NCBI GenBank assembly: GCA_025201805.1
Contig: MU619255.1
Span: forward strand, 113,034 to 177,033
DNA: 64,000 nt
Direction of reading: 5' to 3'
Source of the DNA: Parasitella parasitica NRRL 2501
Taxonomy: Eukaryota; Fungi; Mucoromycota
The notes below the pieces were generated by a model. The model had not been told where the DNA came from, ran no database searches, and saw only the letters and a program-made list of their open reading frames with translations. Made by a program: the position numbers and the translations under genes. How positions within the stretch are numbered: the stretch's first letter is position 1; each line of letters begins with the position of its first letter. Shown here one piece after another: positions 51,852-64,000 of this stretch.

Positions 51852-54148
51852 CTTATTTCCAGTAGTTTCTTTTTTTTTTTTTTTTAATTCGATTAATGTG
51901 TTATTAATTGAATGAAGAAATAGAGATATGGAAATGTTTCGTATTTATATACTTAGTTTTTCCAAGAAATTAAGGTGGTGTGATTAATGGAAAAATCCTT
52001 GCCCAGGCTGCATGAATTTCCAATGACGTTCCATTTTTCTATAGACCATTTTCCCATAACTTTATACACTCACAAGTACAGATAATCCATCGATATGTTA
52101 CCTGTCTGGGCAGGTTTCTTATAAATCGCATAATATTAGAAAGGGGTTTTGGTTCTGTGTGTTAAAACCATAGCTCAAAGATCCACCTATATTTGGGCCG
52201 CCAGCATTTTAAAAACTTGATTATTCCTCGGATTTGTAGTTCGAAATGTATAAAACATATGTTGTGCTGCCCCCGGTGGAAAAACCAACCTTTATTTACT
52301 CAATTTTTCCAGGACGGATATACTATAACAACTTGACAGCCTCTCAAGTAAATTAGATCAGAATTATACATGGATTTCATGTCTTGTTAAAAGTGCGTGT
52401 GAATATTCATCTTATTTATTTGTACATAAAACGCCCAATCTGATGGTTTTATAAATGCCTAATACACCTGCTGTCTTTTCATTTAATAAATTTAAGATTC
52501 ATTTTATGCAAATCTTTTTTCATCACCACAAATTATAGTGGGGCAACAGGGAAAAAAAAAGAAACATAGAGGAATTCCATAGAGTAGAAGTAGAATACGC
52601 AAGATATCTTGTTTCATACCACTGTTTTTATTATATAAATGAGCAATATAAATAAATGGAAATATTCTCATAAGCTTTCTCAACCCACTTTCTAGTCTCA
52701 CGTCAAAGAGATCACAACTTTCATGCAAAAATAAATAAATAAAGAAAATCGGGCATTTCGTTTACCATGTGCCGCCTTTCACCCTGTAAAACTGATATAA
52801 TAGCATACGGTTTACATTATATAATACAACTAATATACGGTCATCGACCCGTATCCTCAGGTATATTACTATAACAGTGTTTTGTAAATATAAGATTAGG
52901 TTGAAGAAAGAGAGCGGGCAGAAAGAGCTGATTCTTTGTTCCATATTTTCCCTCCGTATAATACCTTGAAACCCGTGCAGATGAAAAATGGAAAACTGAC
53001 TATTGTACTAATGTATTTGAGAGAAAAATCTCGGTCAATTACTCCATATGAAAAATAAATTATATCTCAATGATTTGCATAATGTATAGCAGAACCAAAA
53101 TATTCGCTTTGTTGGCGAAAAGGGGCCATTTTATTTAGCAAAATGTGAATAGGCTCATTTAGTCTTAATCCACTGTTAAATACAGAACAAGATAATGTCT
53201 TGTGATGGCAACAGAATTACGCCCATTACCAAGTTTATCCAGCACATGTACAGATACCCACACACACACACACAATACACATTTAAGGAACAAGTCAAAT
53301 ATAATAAGCTTTTGAGTATTCAAACAAACATCCTCATATAAATACATACACATTGTGCATTTACTGCTTCTTTCAAGAAGCAGCACAAACTCAAATCCAT
53401 CTTTTTGAGTCTCTCATGGACCAAGTCCATTTGTACAATACTTGTTGGCCATTTTTCATGATAAGTAGTATACAAAAAGCTGGGGAAAGATCGATATTAA
53501 AGTGTTCTTCAGCTTTGTTGTGCAAATCTGTATCTTGCATAATCAATATGCCACTTGAATCAAATCGATTGAAGGTATTGTGAAGGATATTGGCGAGCTT
53601 TATTATTCATATTACGTTGCTCAAAGCCAACGGACTAGCATCTTGAGGGCAATACTCAAAGATTAACAACCATTTAAATTGTTATGATCAAGGCCAATAT
53701 GTTTACCACGGAACACAGGTCTCTATTATGCTTTTCACAATATATAAATTGATATTATCATCATCATTTTATTTTATTTTGTGTGTGTTTGTGTGTGGGC
53801 TTGCTTCCCTGCTGTTCATATCAAGTGAAATGAACCAACAAAAAAAGCACATTTACAGCCATTTACAAAACAAAACAAAAAAAAAAAGCACTTACATGCA
53901 CATATACAAACATATACACATAACTGACTGCCGAACAGATAAATATCTACACAATTTTAACAACAATTCTTAATTTTATCGCTTACATGATCTTTACAAT
54001 CAATCCAGTCAATAGTTTTTTTTTTTTTTTTTTTTTTTTTACATACTACAATGTGTTAGTATTCAAGAAATTACAATTTTATTCAAGTATTCCTTTTTGC
54101 GTTAAAACGTAATTTGTTCAATCATGAAACTTTCTTACCAGATTTCAT

Positions 54149-55598
54149 TTAAAAAACCTGATACTTTTCCAAACTAGCACGTTGTTCTTCCTATAGAAAA
54201 TAATGCCACCAGCTCAGTATAAATAAAAATAAAATCTTTTTTGCACAAATTCTACTTGAAAAAATAAACTTACTGATGATATTTCATTATTATTGTAAAT
54301 CAAAACAACTTTTGTGGGCTTCTTTTTACTATTTTGTGTAGATGCGGGTGCTAGTGGTGGTGTCATTGGGTTTTCAGAGATATGAGGTGCTGGTGGCGGT
54401 GATTGCATTGCCAAAGGTTGCTGTGGATGTGACAATGGAGGTGCCAAAGAAACCGGCGCAGCAGCTGGGGGCTGTGGTGGTGCAGTGGCGGCAGTTGGAA
54501 GAAAACCATTGTTATGCGGCCCAGGTGGCGGTGGAGCCGTCGTTGCAGTGGGTACCGGCATAGGAGGGATCGCGGCCATATGTGGTGGAGCATTAGGCAT
54601 AGGAGGGCCTGCTGGAGCAGGAGGGTAAGCTTGGTAACCCCATTGACCAGGATATCTACATACACAATGTAATTAGCCTGCTGTCTAGCTAAATAAAAAA
54701 AAAAAAAAACTCGCGGTAATGACTTACCCAGCATGAGGAGGGGCACCTGCGTAGCCATAATTTTGTGGAGGCGGTAATGGAGGAGCATTATATCCGTTCT
54801 GTGGAGGAACGGGAGGATAATATTGGCCATAACCAGCACCTGGTTGTCCATAACCAGCACCGCCATAGTAAGTGTTATAATTATAGTACTGTTGTTGTTG
54901 TTGTTGCTGCTGTTGCTGTTGCTGTTGCGGTGGCTGTGGTGGTTGCTGGATCACTGCAGGAGCTGTGATGACAGGAGAAACAGTATTTGTAGGCGTTGTA
55001 TCAGCCGAAGAAACAGCAGCAGAAGCCGCTTTATGAGCTGCCATCTGTGCTTGTATCTGTTCTAGTGTTAATTCGTCATAATGTCCAGAACCTCCAGATT
55101 TTGACTTTTTGTTGCCATAGTTGCCGGATATTCTAGCTTCGTGGGCAATCATATCCTCTTCAGGTATACCTTCCATACCAAAAATCTCGATGTCCAACTT
55201 ATCCCTTCCAGGTAAAGCGTTAGGAACCCTGCAAAGTATTAGTTAGGATCTGGACACTTGTCTGAAGCTTTTAGCAACTTACTTGTAAATATCAATTTTA
55301 TGGACCTGATGAGAATGAACAACCATACCACCTGCTGTAGCTTTATTTTTCCACATGTTAGACCTGTCTTTTATTCAATGATGCGTTTACTTACTTAATT
55401 TCTTGTTACACTCTTCACATTTGAAATGCTTTGCCTAATGTAGGTTGTGGATTTAGTTTCTTTTTTATCAAAACTTCGCGCAACAGATTGAACCCCACTT
55501 ACTCTTTGATGCGTAACTAGAACTTTGTCATCTTCGAAATCTTTCTCACAGTACCAACACCACGGTCTCATAGGCTTCGACTTTCTCTTTTTTCCCAT
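54149..55598 (-). CDS. ZNF207: BuGZ/ZNF207-like zinc-finger protein; multi-exon
   Basis: MGKKRK...PWCWYCEKDFEDDKVLVTHQRAKHFKC...KL.TAGGM..H..QVHK, VPNALPG, DIEIFGMEGIP, Pro/Gln-rich middle, C-terminal LIY...ISSEEQRASL.KY. Confidence 0.9.
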
Positions 55599-58500
55599 TG
55601 TAATAAATTTTATGGTAATAAACAAAAAGATTTTTTTTTTTTTTTTTCGTTTTTCGCTATAATTTGTACTAAGCAAAAAATCGCGGATGGTTTAAAATGT
55701 AAAACAGTGACGCACATTGGGTCTGCATGCTCAAAGCTGGACACATTGTAAGCATGATTGAATCATGAGTCCTGCATTGTATACAAGGAAATCAACTATT
55801 AACTTTCGTTAAATAAGCCTATTAGTCTTTATCATGAGATGCATCTTAAATCCCTTCAAACTGGGCCACCAACATTAGACTGTACCAGAAGCTCGCCCTT
55901 TGTGTAAAGACTCTTGAATACATAATCATAACGTTTGCCAAATCATATTTTCCTTGGAACTCTCAGTCTGACATATACTGTGAGTCGAGCTTGACAGTGT
56001 CTATTCTTAAAAAAATAAGTTGAGATGTCTTTTTCTTTTGAAGTAACAACGATTTATACTGATTAAAATCTTCTTTGGCACATACTAAAAATATTCAGGA
56101 TAAATAGTTATAAGGTAGCGTATACCGGTCTATATACCACACTTGAAGCTAGATTGTAATTGACAATACTACTATTATACTGGAGGTTGAAGTATTCGTT
56201 ATGATATGCTTTAGGCGTTCTCATTGACCAAGGCATCAAGAATATACAAGTTCTGCATTTATCAAGACAAATAGTCGAGACACACAATTTCTTCTGGTAT
56301 CCCTTTTTGTATTACGTCTATCTATGGTTCTTCATTACACATGCTTTATTCCGAATCAATTGTGCCGTAGCAGTCTGGGTTATCTAGTTACCATTCTCCC
56401 ATTTCGCTACGCGTCTAAAGACCATCGATCCCATACACTCGATAAAAAAAAAGTAGTTCTAGGCTGGAATGTTTGGACTGTAAATCCATATCTATAATAA
56501 TCCAAAATCAAAGACATAAAATTGAAGATGGGTGTATGGTGATTTGTCAGAAATGAGAAGAGAAAATTAAGGATAAATGGGTTTCTATTACATTGAGGTT
56601 TTATAAGCAATTCAATCTGAGGAAATAATGTGGCAGTGATGAATAAATCCGGGAGGTGGGCTAAATTGAATCTATCTGAAAATTGTTGTACGGACAGATG
56701 TAATTTTACACTGACGTATGCCGTGTTGTCTGTTGCTTTACATTCCCTTAAGCCGACTGTATAGTGATTTCTCATCCAGCCTTCAAAATTTATATTAGAA
56801 TAAACAGATAAACCTCTCTAATAATTGTCTAGTTATTTTATAACAGTAAATCAGCTTTGGCCGTCGCTTGAAATCTCTCTTTGCAGACTCTCGGTGGCAT
56901 CGTTCGTATTTATATATATATATAATGTATATGTATTGCTCGATAAGCTTGTTTGCAGGGAAAAAGACAGATTGAGCGGCAAAGACAAAGAATGTGCTTC
57001 TTGGCATTCTGGGCAGTTGTATTGTAACTAGATTGCTGTCAATATGTCCTTTTCAGGACATATTTGTCGATCAATGAATATACAGTTTAAACAGCGAACC
57101 CACTTTTTAAGTATGTCAGTGGTTTTCTTTGTTTAAACGACTATGCACAAACCAGGCAGTGTTTAGCCACACAGCAGCCGTGTTGATATAAAAAGTAAAT
57201 ATAATCCCTTGTTATCAATCGAAAAGGGGCCGGCAAGACAGAGAGACATTCGCTAAATGTAAATCAATCGATAATGTATGTATGCATGTGTGTAAGCATC
57301 CTATTAATGGCTGTTGTTATTAGATCTTTCAAAAACAATTCTACAACAATCAAAAGCGAGCACATTTTCTCGATAAGATTTTATTTGAATTTTGACCAGT
57401 TTGTAGGATCACTCTATATATTAAATGGGTATTTTAAATCATTCGTGTTTATGATACGGAAGTCTTCAATCCTTGGATGTATCGATAGCAATCATGCTCC
57501 CTTTCTTCTTTTGTTTTTTTATAGGCGTGCACGTACAGCATAGACACACTTGTGATAAAAATTATATACATTTATAAAAATAAAATGTCAAATTTATTTT
57601 CTCTTTTATTTCTTTCTTTCTTTGTGTGGTTCTAATTGCAACATTTAATTACCCCTGAGTTGGTCTCGGATTCGTCGAGTGGTTGCAATGCTATATGATG
57701 GCTGTAGCATACTAAACTAAAAGAAGGGCGAGTGTACAGAACGAGACAGTAATTTTGTTCTGATGCTTCTTTTTTCATTTATGTAAAGTGTCATTCTGCG
57801 CATCTATGATGTTACTGCATATCACACTCAGATGTGTATGTCATGTACCGGTAAATGATTTAGAAAAAGCCATGATGATAGAATTAGCACTTGCCCCTTT
57901 ATATATTATATACTGTATACATCAAACGATGATTTGCATTAATAATGTCAAAAAAGACTCGCTTATGTGCTTGTGTTTATATTTGTATACAAATATAATT
58001 TCATGCAGCTGATTATGATATACTTGTTCTCTATCTATCCCAAGGGTTGTGATTATAATACAAAAACAACACAAACATTGCTTGGTTAAAAGTGGTTAAA
58101 AATAGGATACTGTTTTGACGGAATAGCATGATAAAATAGATATATTATTGACTTCTTGCCTAGCAACAGTATTTTAAAAAAATCGGCTCCATCCAGTAAA
58201 AGCAGCAATACATCATTCAACGCCAACCAAGCCCAAGTTGGCATCATATGCTGATTTCGTTTTGGAAATGAAAGAGTCATTGTTCAAAAGATATATATGT
58301 CTATATTGTAAATGGCTACACGTGGATAGGTCATTATTTACAACGGTTTTTTAGAAACAAATAAATACAATACTTGAGCACTCATACCCGCACAAACACG
58401 CACTTGGCTGGTAAGAGTTTTGACTGCATTCATGGATTTCATTTTGCTATATTGGTTAAATTTCCAAGTCGAGCGCTTGACAGGTAAATAATTTAGCGTT

Positions 58501-59317
58501 TGTGTTTGTGTGTGAAATTCTTTCGCTTAAATGCACACATGTGTGTAAAATTATGACACGAAACTGTTTATTGTTGTGCCTAAACAACACTATGAAAATG
58601 TCAATTTCATTACAAGATACAACATGTGCTCTATTGTTTGTGCTAAAGCATCATTCTATCAATGTCGAAAATACATACGAAAATAAAGGAGTGGAACGAG
58701 TGAGTGATGGATATATATATCGTATAATGAAACTTCATGTTATTTACAGGTTTCCTTTTTCAATGCTGTTGCTGCTGTTGTGTTGGCTGACTGGCAGGCT
58801 GGCTGGTGAGCTGAATGACTTATGCGCCTACCGTTTCGGTTTTATGTTGTATACAACAAAAAAAGATGTATGTGCTGTGCAGCATTTTATTCAGGTTAGA
58901 TGCAGCTGAAACGACGTTATAGATTACTAAAGAATGATTGCATTTTCAATAATGTATATTCGTGGTATTCTCTGGCAGCTTGATGCGAATTGATTTCTGA
59001 ATCAAACTTGCTATCGAATGTCAACTTGCTTTATATAACAGTGCATATCGATATTGGACACCTCTGGACCTGCAAAATAAGAACAGGGAGTAAATATTTC
59101 GAAATAGCCAGCATTTTGGTGATGATAACAGTCATAATAAACAAACTGTTACATCTGCATAGCCCCTTTATTCTTGTTGATTCATCATCGTAATTCTATA
59201 TAAATACATCATTTAAGCAGCCATAAAAGCATCCCTTTTTCCACTTGTTTCTTTCCTCTTTTATTTTTCGCGCTTTTTCTTTCTTTCCCGCCAGCATCAT
59301 CGACTAGAGCTCCTCCA

Positions 59318-60328
59318 ATGTCTGTAAGTATCCAAATGACAGCGCAAGCCTAGTGTAGCCTCTAAATTGCGGGATAAAATAGCGCCGTGTATTCAAACCT
59401 GTCATACTATTCCACGATCATTCATACAGTACTGATCCATCGGGTGTAACGCATCGTATTCACATACCTTATGGAGACCCTCACTACACTCCGCTAATCC
59501 AGCAAAAGAAGCACACAGTAGGGCTCATGTTGCAAACGAACGGCCGCGCATGGTATGACATTATCAAGAGCTCTCGAACAAAATACAAGACACCCAAGCC
59601 AATGTCCTATCGTAGCAAGCGCCATTACTATCAATCACATGCATCAGCGTCTTCGTCCGAAATAGACGACCAAAATGACGATGAGGACGATAATCACAGC
59701 ACAATGACATCCAGCAGTTCATCATGCACCACCAACAGCAGCAACAATTCCATTGCATCACCTATACCAACATCCACAACAGCAGCAATTAATACTAATA
59801 CCACTACCCCATCGCCATCGTCAGCAAATAGCACTATGATTGCAAGGAAAAGACGAGGAAACCTGCCAAAGACTGTGACAGCCGTGCTGAAGCAATGGCT
59901 GATTGATCACTGTAGAAACCCCTATCCAACCGAGGCCGAGAAAACAGATCTAAAAGATAAAACGGGTCTCACACTGAATCAGATTAGTAATTGGTTTATC
60001 AATGCAAGACGACGGTTGCTACCACAAATACTGGATACAATGCACCCAGATCATAAAGGGGCAAACGGTGTAATGCATCAACAACATCATATATCTGAGG
60101 ATGATGACGACGAGGATGATGACCCGCATGAAGAAGACGAGGAAGACAATATGATTCCAATGCCACAACAACAAAAGCGAAAGAGAAAGAGTTACCTGTA
60201 TAGTACAAATAGCCAACAAGGTAAGATTCTTGTGCACACTGCAGCCGGTGAATGAATACTAACTTTTATAACAAAATAGCGCCTACAACTGTCATCAGAA
60301 AACGAAGACGCAAAAAAAAAAGATCCAA

Positions 60329-60362
<34 letters not shown>

Positions 60363-60392
60363 CATGTTCTAAAAGAAACAACCGAGAAATAA
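59318..60392 (+). CDS. TALE-class (KN-type) homeodomain transcription factor; 3 exons
   Basis: RKRRGNLPK...LKQWL..H..NPYPTEAEK...TGLTLNQISNWFINARRR; 6-nt first exon ATGTCT|gtaagt; introns 59324-59382 and 60221-60279; 3' end uncertain because of homopolymers. Confidence 0.9.
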
Positions 60393-61342
60393 AGCAAAAC
60401 TGTAAATTATTTCATTTTATGGCATGATAAATTATGGAACTCCAATCTGCATTATCTAAATGTTAAGCTCAAAAGGTCTGTAATATATGTGATCCTTATA
60501 TTAAATAACGAACACTCGCTATTTGAAAATGATCCAGTATATTGTCAAGTTCAAAAGGCAAATACGTTTTGTTTTAAGGTTATGAAACCGAATCATAACT
60601 ATACTAAAAATCAGGAGATGATTTTCTATAATATGTCATATTTTATTTTTTTTAAAAAGTTATTTTGTGGAGAAATCCATGCCAATTGTTTAATACTAAT
60701 GCCGTCCTGTTTTGTTTACTTGACACACGGTCTTGATCATGACAGTCAACTTGTTTAAACATTGCAAGAGAGTCAAGGAGAATGCGTCAATTCAATTGAT
60801 TATATAAACAGGCATTGGCAAGCCCTATTTAAACTCTGAAATGGAAAATTCTCTCCAGCTGAATCCAGCAACTCAGATGAGATGAGGGATTGTGCCTATC
60901 CGCTTCCTTCCGTCCCTCTATGACAAAAAGTGGGCGCAATGTCCAATTCTTATTTCCTGATGTGAAATAGATGCTGCCCCACATGATCTATGCTACAGAT
61001 ACAATTTATACTATTATTAGAGTCAGCCAGGCGTGGATCGAGCGTGCAGACTATAATCCCGGTTGGATGGACCGACCGAGTCTTGATCCGGTCTGTTACA
61101 GCCTCCAATTAGGCACTGAAGCTGCTATTCAACCTTGTTTAGTTGTGTGTGGGTGTGCCAAAAGGTGGATAATAGTATTATGGTGAGACTAGTTTGGGAG
61201 GCTAAAATGTTCCCACCTCCCTTTTTCTATCAAGTGTATAAATACCCAAGGCTTGTTCCAAACTGTTTATTTGTTGTATAAAATCTTCCTTTTTTTTTCC
61301 TTTTCCCTTGTCTTTCTCTTTTTAGTAGATACCTCGCAAATT

Positions 61343-62575
61343 ATGTCCACTACTAGCAATCCACATCATTTCCTCTATGTTCCTCAGCAGCAACAACAGC
61401 AACAAGACATGTCACACAAAAGAGTTGCATTAATCAAACGTCCTCCGCTTGTGCGTTCCTGTTCGCCGAACCCAAGTGAAGACCTCCATCGCACCGCCTC
61501 TAATGCCAGCTTGAACAGACACTATCGCAAGCCCAAGAAATCCGTGCGCTTCTGCGACAATGCCTCACTGGAAAATGTCCGCCTATTCCTCAAGACGCAG
61601 ATGCCCAAGGCTTGTCGCTCGGACCCCGCATGTTTGAAAAAGCAATACACATTTCGCATCCGTCGACCTAATTGGCCGTCCTCAGCCATGGCCAAGCGAC
61701 ACAACGACGGCGGCTCTGCAGTGCGCTTAGAAGATGTCCAATTATTAATGCAGCAGCAGGAGCAACAACAACAAAATCTCATTACCTTATTAGGCAGTGT
61801 CCAAGTAGCCAATCTCGCATTTCAGAAAAGGGTCATTGTCAGATACACTCTAGATGATTGGAACACTGTCAAACAAGTAGATGCCCAGTACCAAGAGCCT
61901 GTTGCCCACAGCGCGAATACGTGGGATCGTTTCAGCTTCAAGATTGTTTTGAATGCAAACACGCATGCAGCACATGAGTCGTTGTATTTGGCGGTCAAGT
62001 ACACTGTTGCCGGCAAGGAATTCTGGGACAACAACAACCAAAACAACTACCAAGTTGACATTGTGCCTGACGTCGAATTGGACATGTCTTCTTCTTCCTC
62101 CTCCTCCTCCTCCTCAGACGACGATGATGACGACGATCACATATTCGAAGACTGCATCACTCATGATGAAGAAGAGGATGCTATTCAAGAACTGCAAGAT
62201 AAACTGAAGCTTGCCAATCTTAAGGAAAGATACAGTCTCAACTCTGCTCCAATACAAAAGCCATGGTCTCCTCCTCTATCTCCCACTACGCCCGCTGATA
62301 CTACGCCGTTGTGGATTAGTACCAGCAACAACAACAGCAAGAGCAGCAACGGCAGCGATAGCAGCAATTACTTTGTGGCAAAGACTCCAACAGCAGCGAC
62401 AGCGCCAGCAAAGGAGCAGCCCACACCTAACGGCAATGATACTGCAGGTCAGTTCCACAATTTGATTCATAAATACTGCTTTTACAATGACCACAAGAGG
62501 GCCTCCATTTTTACACCATACCACTCTGACCCTCCTCGCTGCTCATCTCCTACGCCAAGAGCTATCCGTTCTTGA
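61343..62575 (+). CDS. CBM21-domain glycogen-targeting PP1 regulatory subunit (Gac1/Pig-like)
   Basis: KKSVRF RVxF motif plus LENVRLF; GSVQVANLAFQKRVIVRYTLDDW, WDRFSF, EFWDNNNQNNY. Confidence 0.92.
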   Translation: MSTTSNPHHFLYVPQQQQQQQDMSHKRVALIKRPPLVRSCSPNPSEDLHRTASNASLNRHYRKPKKSVRFCDNASLENVRLFLKTQMPKACRSDPACLKKQYTFRIRRPNWPSSAMAKRHNDGGSAVRLEDVQLLMQQQEQQQQNLITLLGSVQVANLAFQKRVIVRYTLDDWNTVKQVDAQYQEPVAHSANTWDRFSFKIVLNANTHAAHESLYLAVKYTVAGKEFWDNNNQNNYQVDIVPDVELDMSSSSSSSSSSDDDDDDDHIFEDCITHDEEEDAIQELQDKLKLANLKERYSLNSAPIQKPWSPPLSPTTPADTTPLWISTSNNNSKSSNGSDSSNYFVAKTPTAATAPAKEQPTPNGNDTAGQFHNLIHKYCFYNDHKRASIFTPYHSDPPRCSSPTPRAIRS

Positions 62576-64000
62576 AAACGCCCAAAAATACCCTGTAATT
62601 CGTTTTTCTCATCATGTATTTTCTTACTACCCCTCCCCCCTCTCCCTCCCCCTCCTCCCTCATAAAAAAGTTTGTTTCTTTATCATTTGTTTATCGTTTC
62701 TTACTAAAATAACCACATGTATTATGAACCCGAAATAAAAAATACTCAAAAATGTAACATACAAATGCTGTGGAATCTCCCATTTTGGCGGTTTATGCCG
62801 GTTCACATTGGAATTTGTCGTGCTATTCCGATAAATTGTCGTAGTGTTTAACCCAAAATATCAGTAATGACACACCGATCTTGTTACGGCACCTCTAATT
62901 GCAATTTTTTGCAGAATGCTCCTTTATCGTATTAACATGAAAGAAAAGAATTATTGATGGTGTCAAGCGCAGGCTAAAAGAAAACCGATCTAAACAGTTC
63001 AATTGATCCCAAGAGACATTGTAAACAAGTTTGGTACAAACTATACTTGCTGGTACTGTTACATTGACGGTAGGCCGGCTTCCTACGTAATGCTCCTTAA
63101 CCTGCAACGAAAACGTCCTTCAAAAGCTCTTTGAAGCAATTATATAACTAGGATGGAAATTCGATAGAGGCGATATCAAAAAGAGTAAGAATGCCTTCTG
63201 CTTTGTGAATCAGATCTATACAAAGACGCAAAACGCTTGTATTAGTTTGTGCAACTAATAACAAATAGAGCCAAATGACGATTTACTGTATTTCCCACTC
63301 TCAATTGGACAGATTTTTGAAAACGCTAGTCAGATTTTCCACTGAGAAAGTAATGTCGCCCTCCGAGGTAATATTTTGTGTCTATCTGTGTATTGCAATT
63401 ATTGGCAAAAATGTATATACAAAGAGTTTTTTCTTTCATTGCAGTATTAGTATTTTATGGCAACGAAAAAACCTCTACTGATCCTATTGCAGAGAAGTAT
63501 ATATAAAGTATTTTGACGACACCTCTTCAAATGTCATTATATCCTAGTCCATTGAACTTTAGAAATTTGTTTATACGCATGCCTTGTACATGTGTGCTTT
63601 ATTTAGAATGTGTTGAAACTTGTGAAATACAAAGTGCTTTTATTTCAATTCTATTGCGTTTTTTATTTTTTGATGAAAATTTTATTCAACATTTGAATGC
63701 TTCAGCATGTAAGAAACGCTATTTGATATAAGTACTCGTATTCCGAATGTAAAAATATCATTGCGGCAATGGTAGACCATACTTTTTGTTGGAAATAGCC
63801 TTGATGATGAGATTACAAAATAGACTCAAAACGGCTGCGAGTCTCTTCTCCAGAGTATCTTGAGTCCCATAGCGAGTAAAAAAAAAACAAAAGCAAATTA
63901 AAGATGCCCTCGATAGTTTTATATTAGAGAATTTTGGTCAGTATTCAGAATTACTATATAAATTTAAGATTGTTTACCTGGAGCAAGTTGGTACAGTTAA

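Overview
Eukaryotic, intron-rich, AT-rich fungal DNA. Short GT-AG introns, polyQ tracts and the gene and transposon families point to Mucorales (Mucor-like); that assignment is inference. About 26 protein-coding genes. Recognisable: HD hydrolase (partial), NDR kinase Cbk1, divergent SPX/RING-like E3, Rex1-type exonuclease, beta-flanking-like protein, Ppk16-like kinase, Mit_KHE1-like protein, GH20 hexosaminidase, cytosolic Hsp70, alpha-COP, F-box protein, 5-repeat Myb, Rab8/Sec4, 11-finger C2H2 array, HSL esterase, proline iminopeptidase, single-pass surface protein, SRP receptor beta, aldo-keto reductase, BuGZ/ZNF207, TALE homeodomain factor and a CBM21 PP1-targeting subunit. Also present: a decayed Tc1/IS630 transposon, pogo-like ends, a CNT nucleoside-transporter pseudogene and a 10-N assembly gap. 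I found no multi-gene novel system. The best single-locus leads come from splicing by hand: (1) a membrane-anchored coiled coil with a Phe/His heptad core and three RhxxhE trimer motifs; (2) a 67-aa microprotein whose CCHC knuckle appears only after splicing; (3) a five-repeat Myb protein with a mitochondrial-presequence-like N-terminus; (4) an in-frame A30 poly-Lys tract in the homeobox gene's last exon; (5) a RING finger split by a Cys-rich insert. All exon boundaries and family calls were made by eye, without searches.
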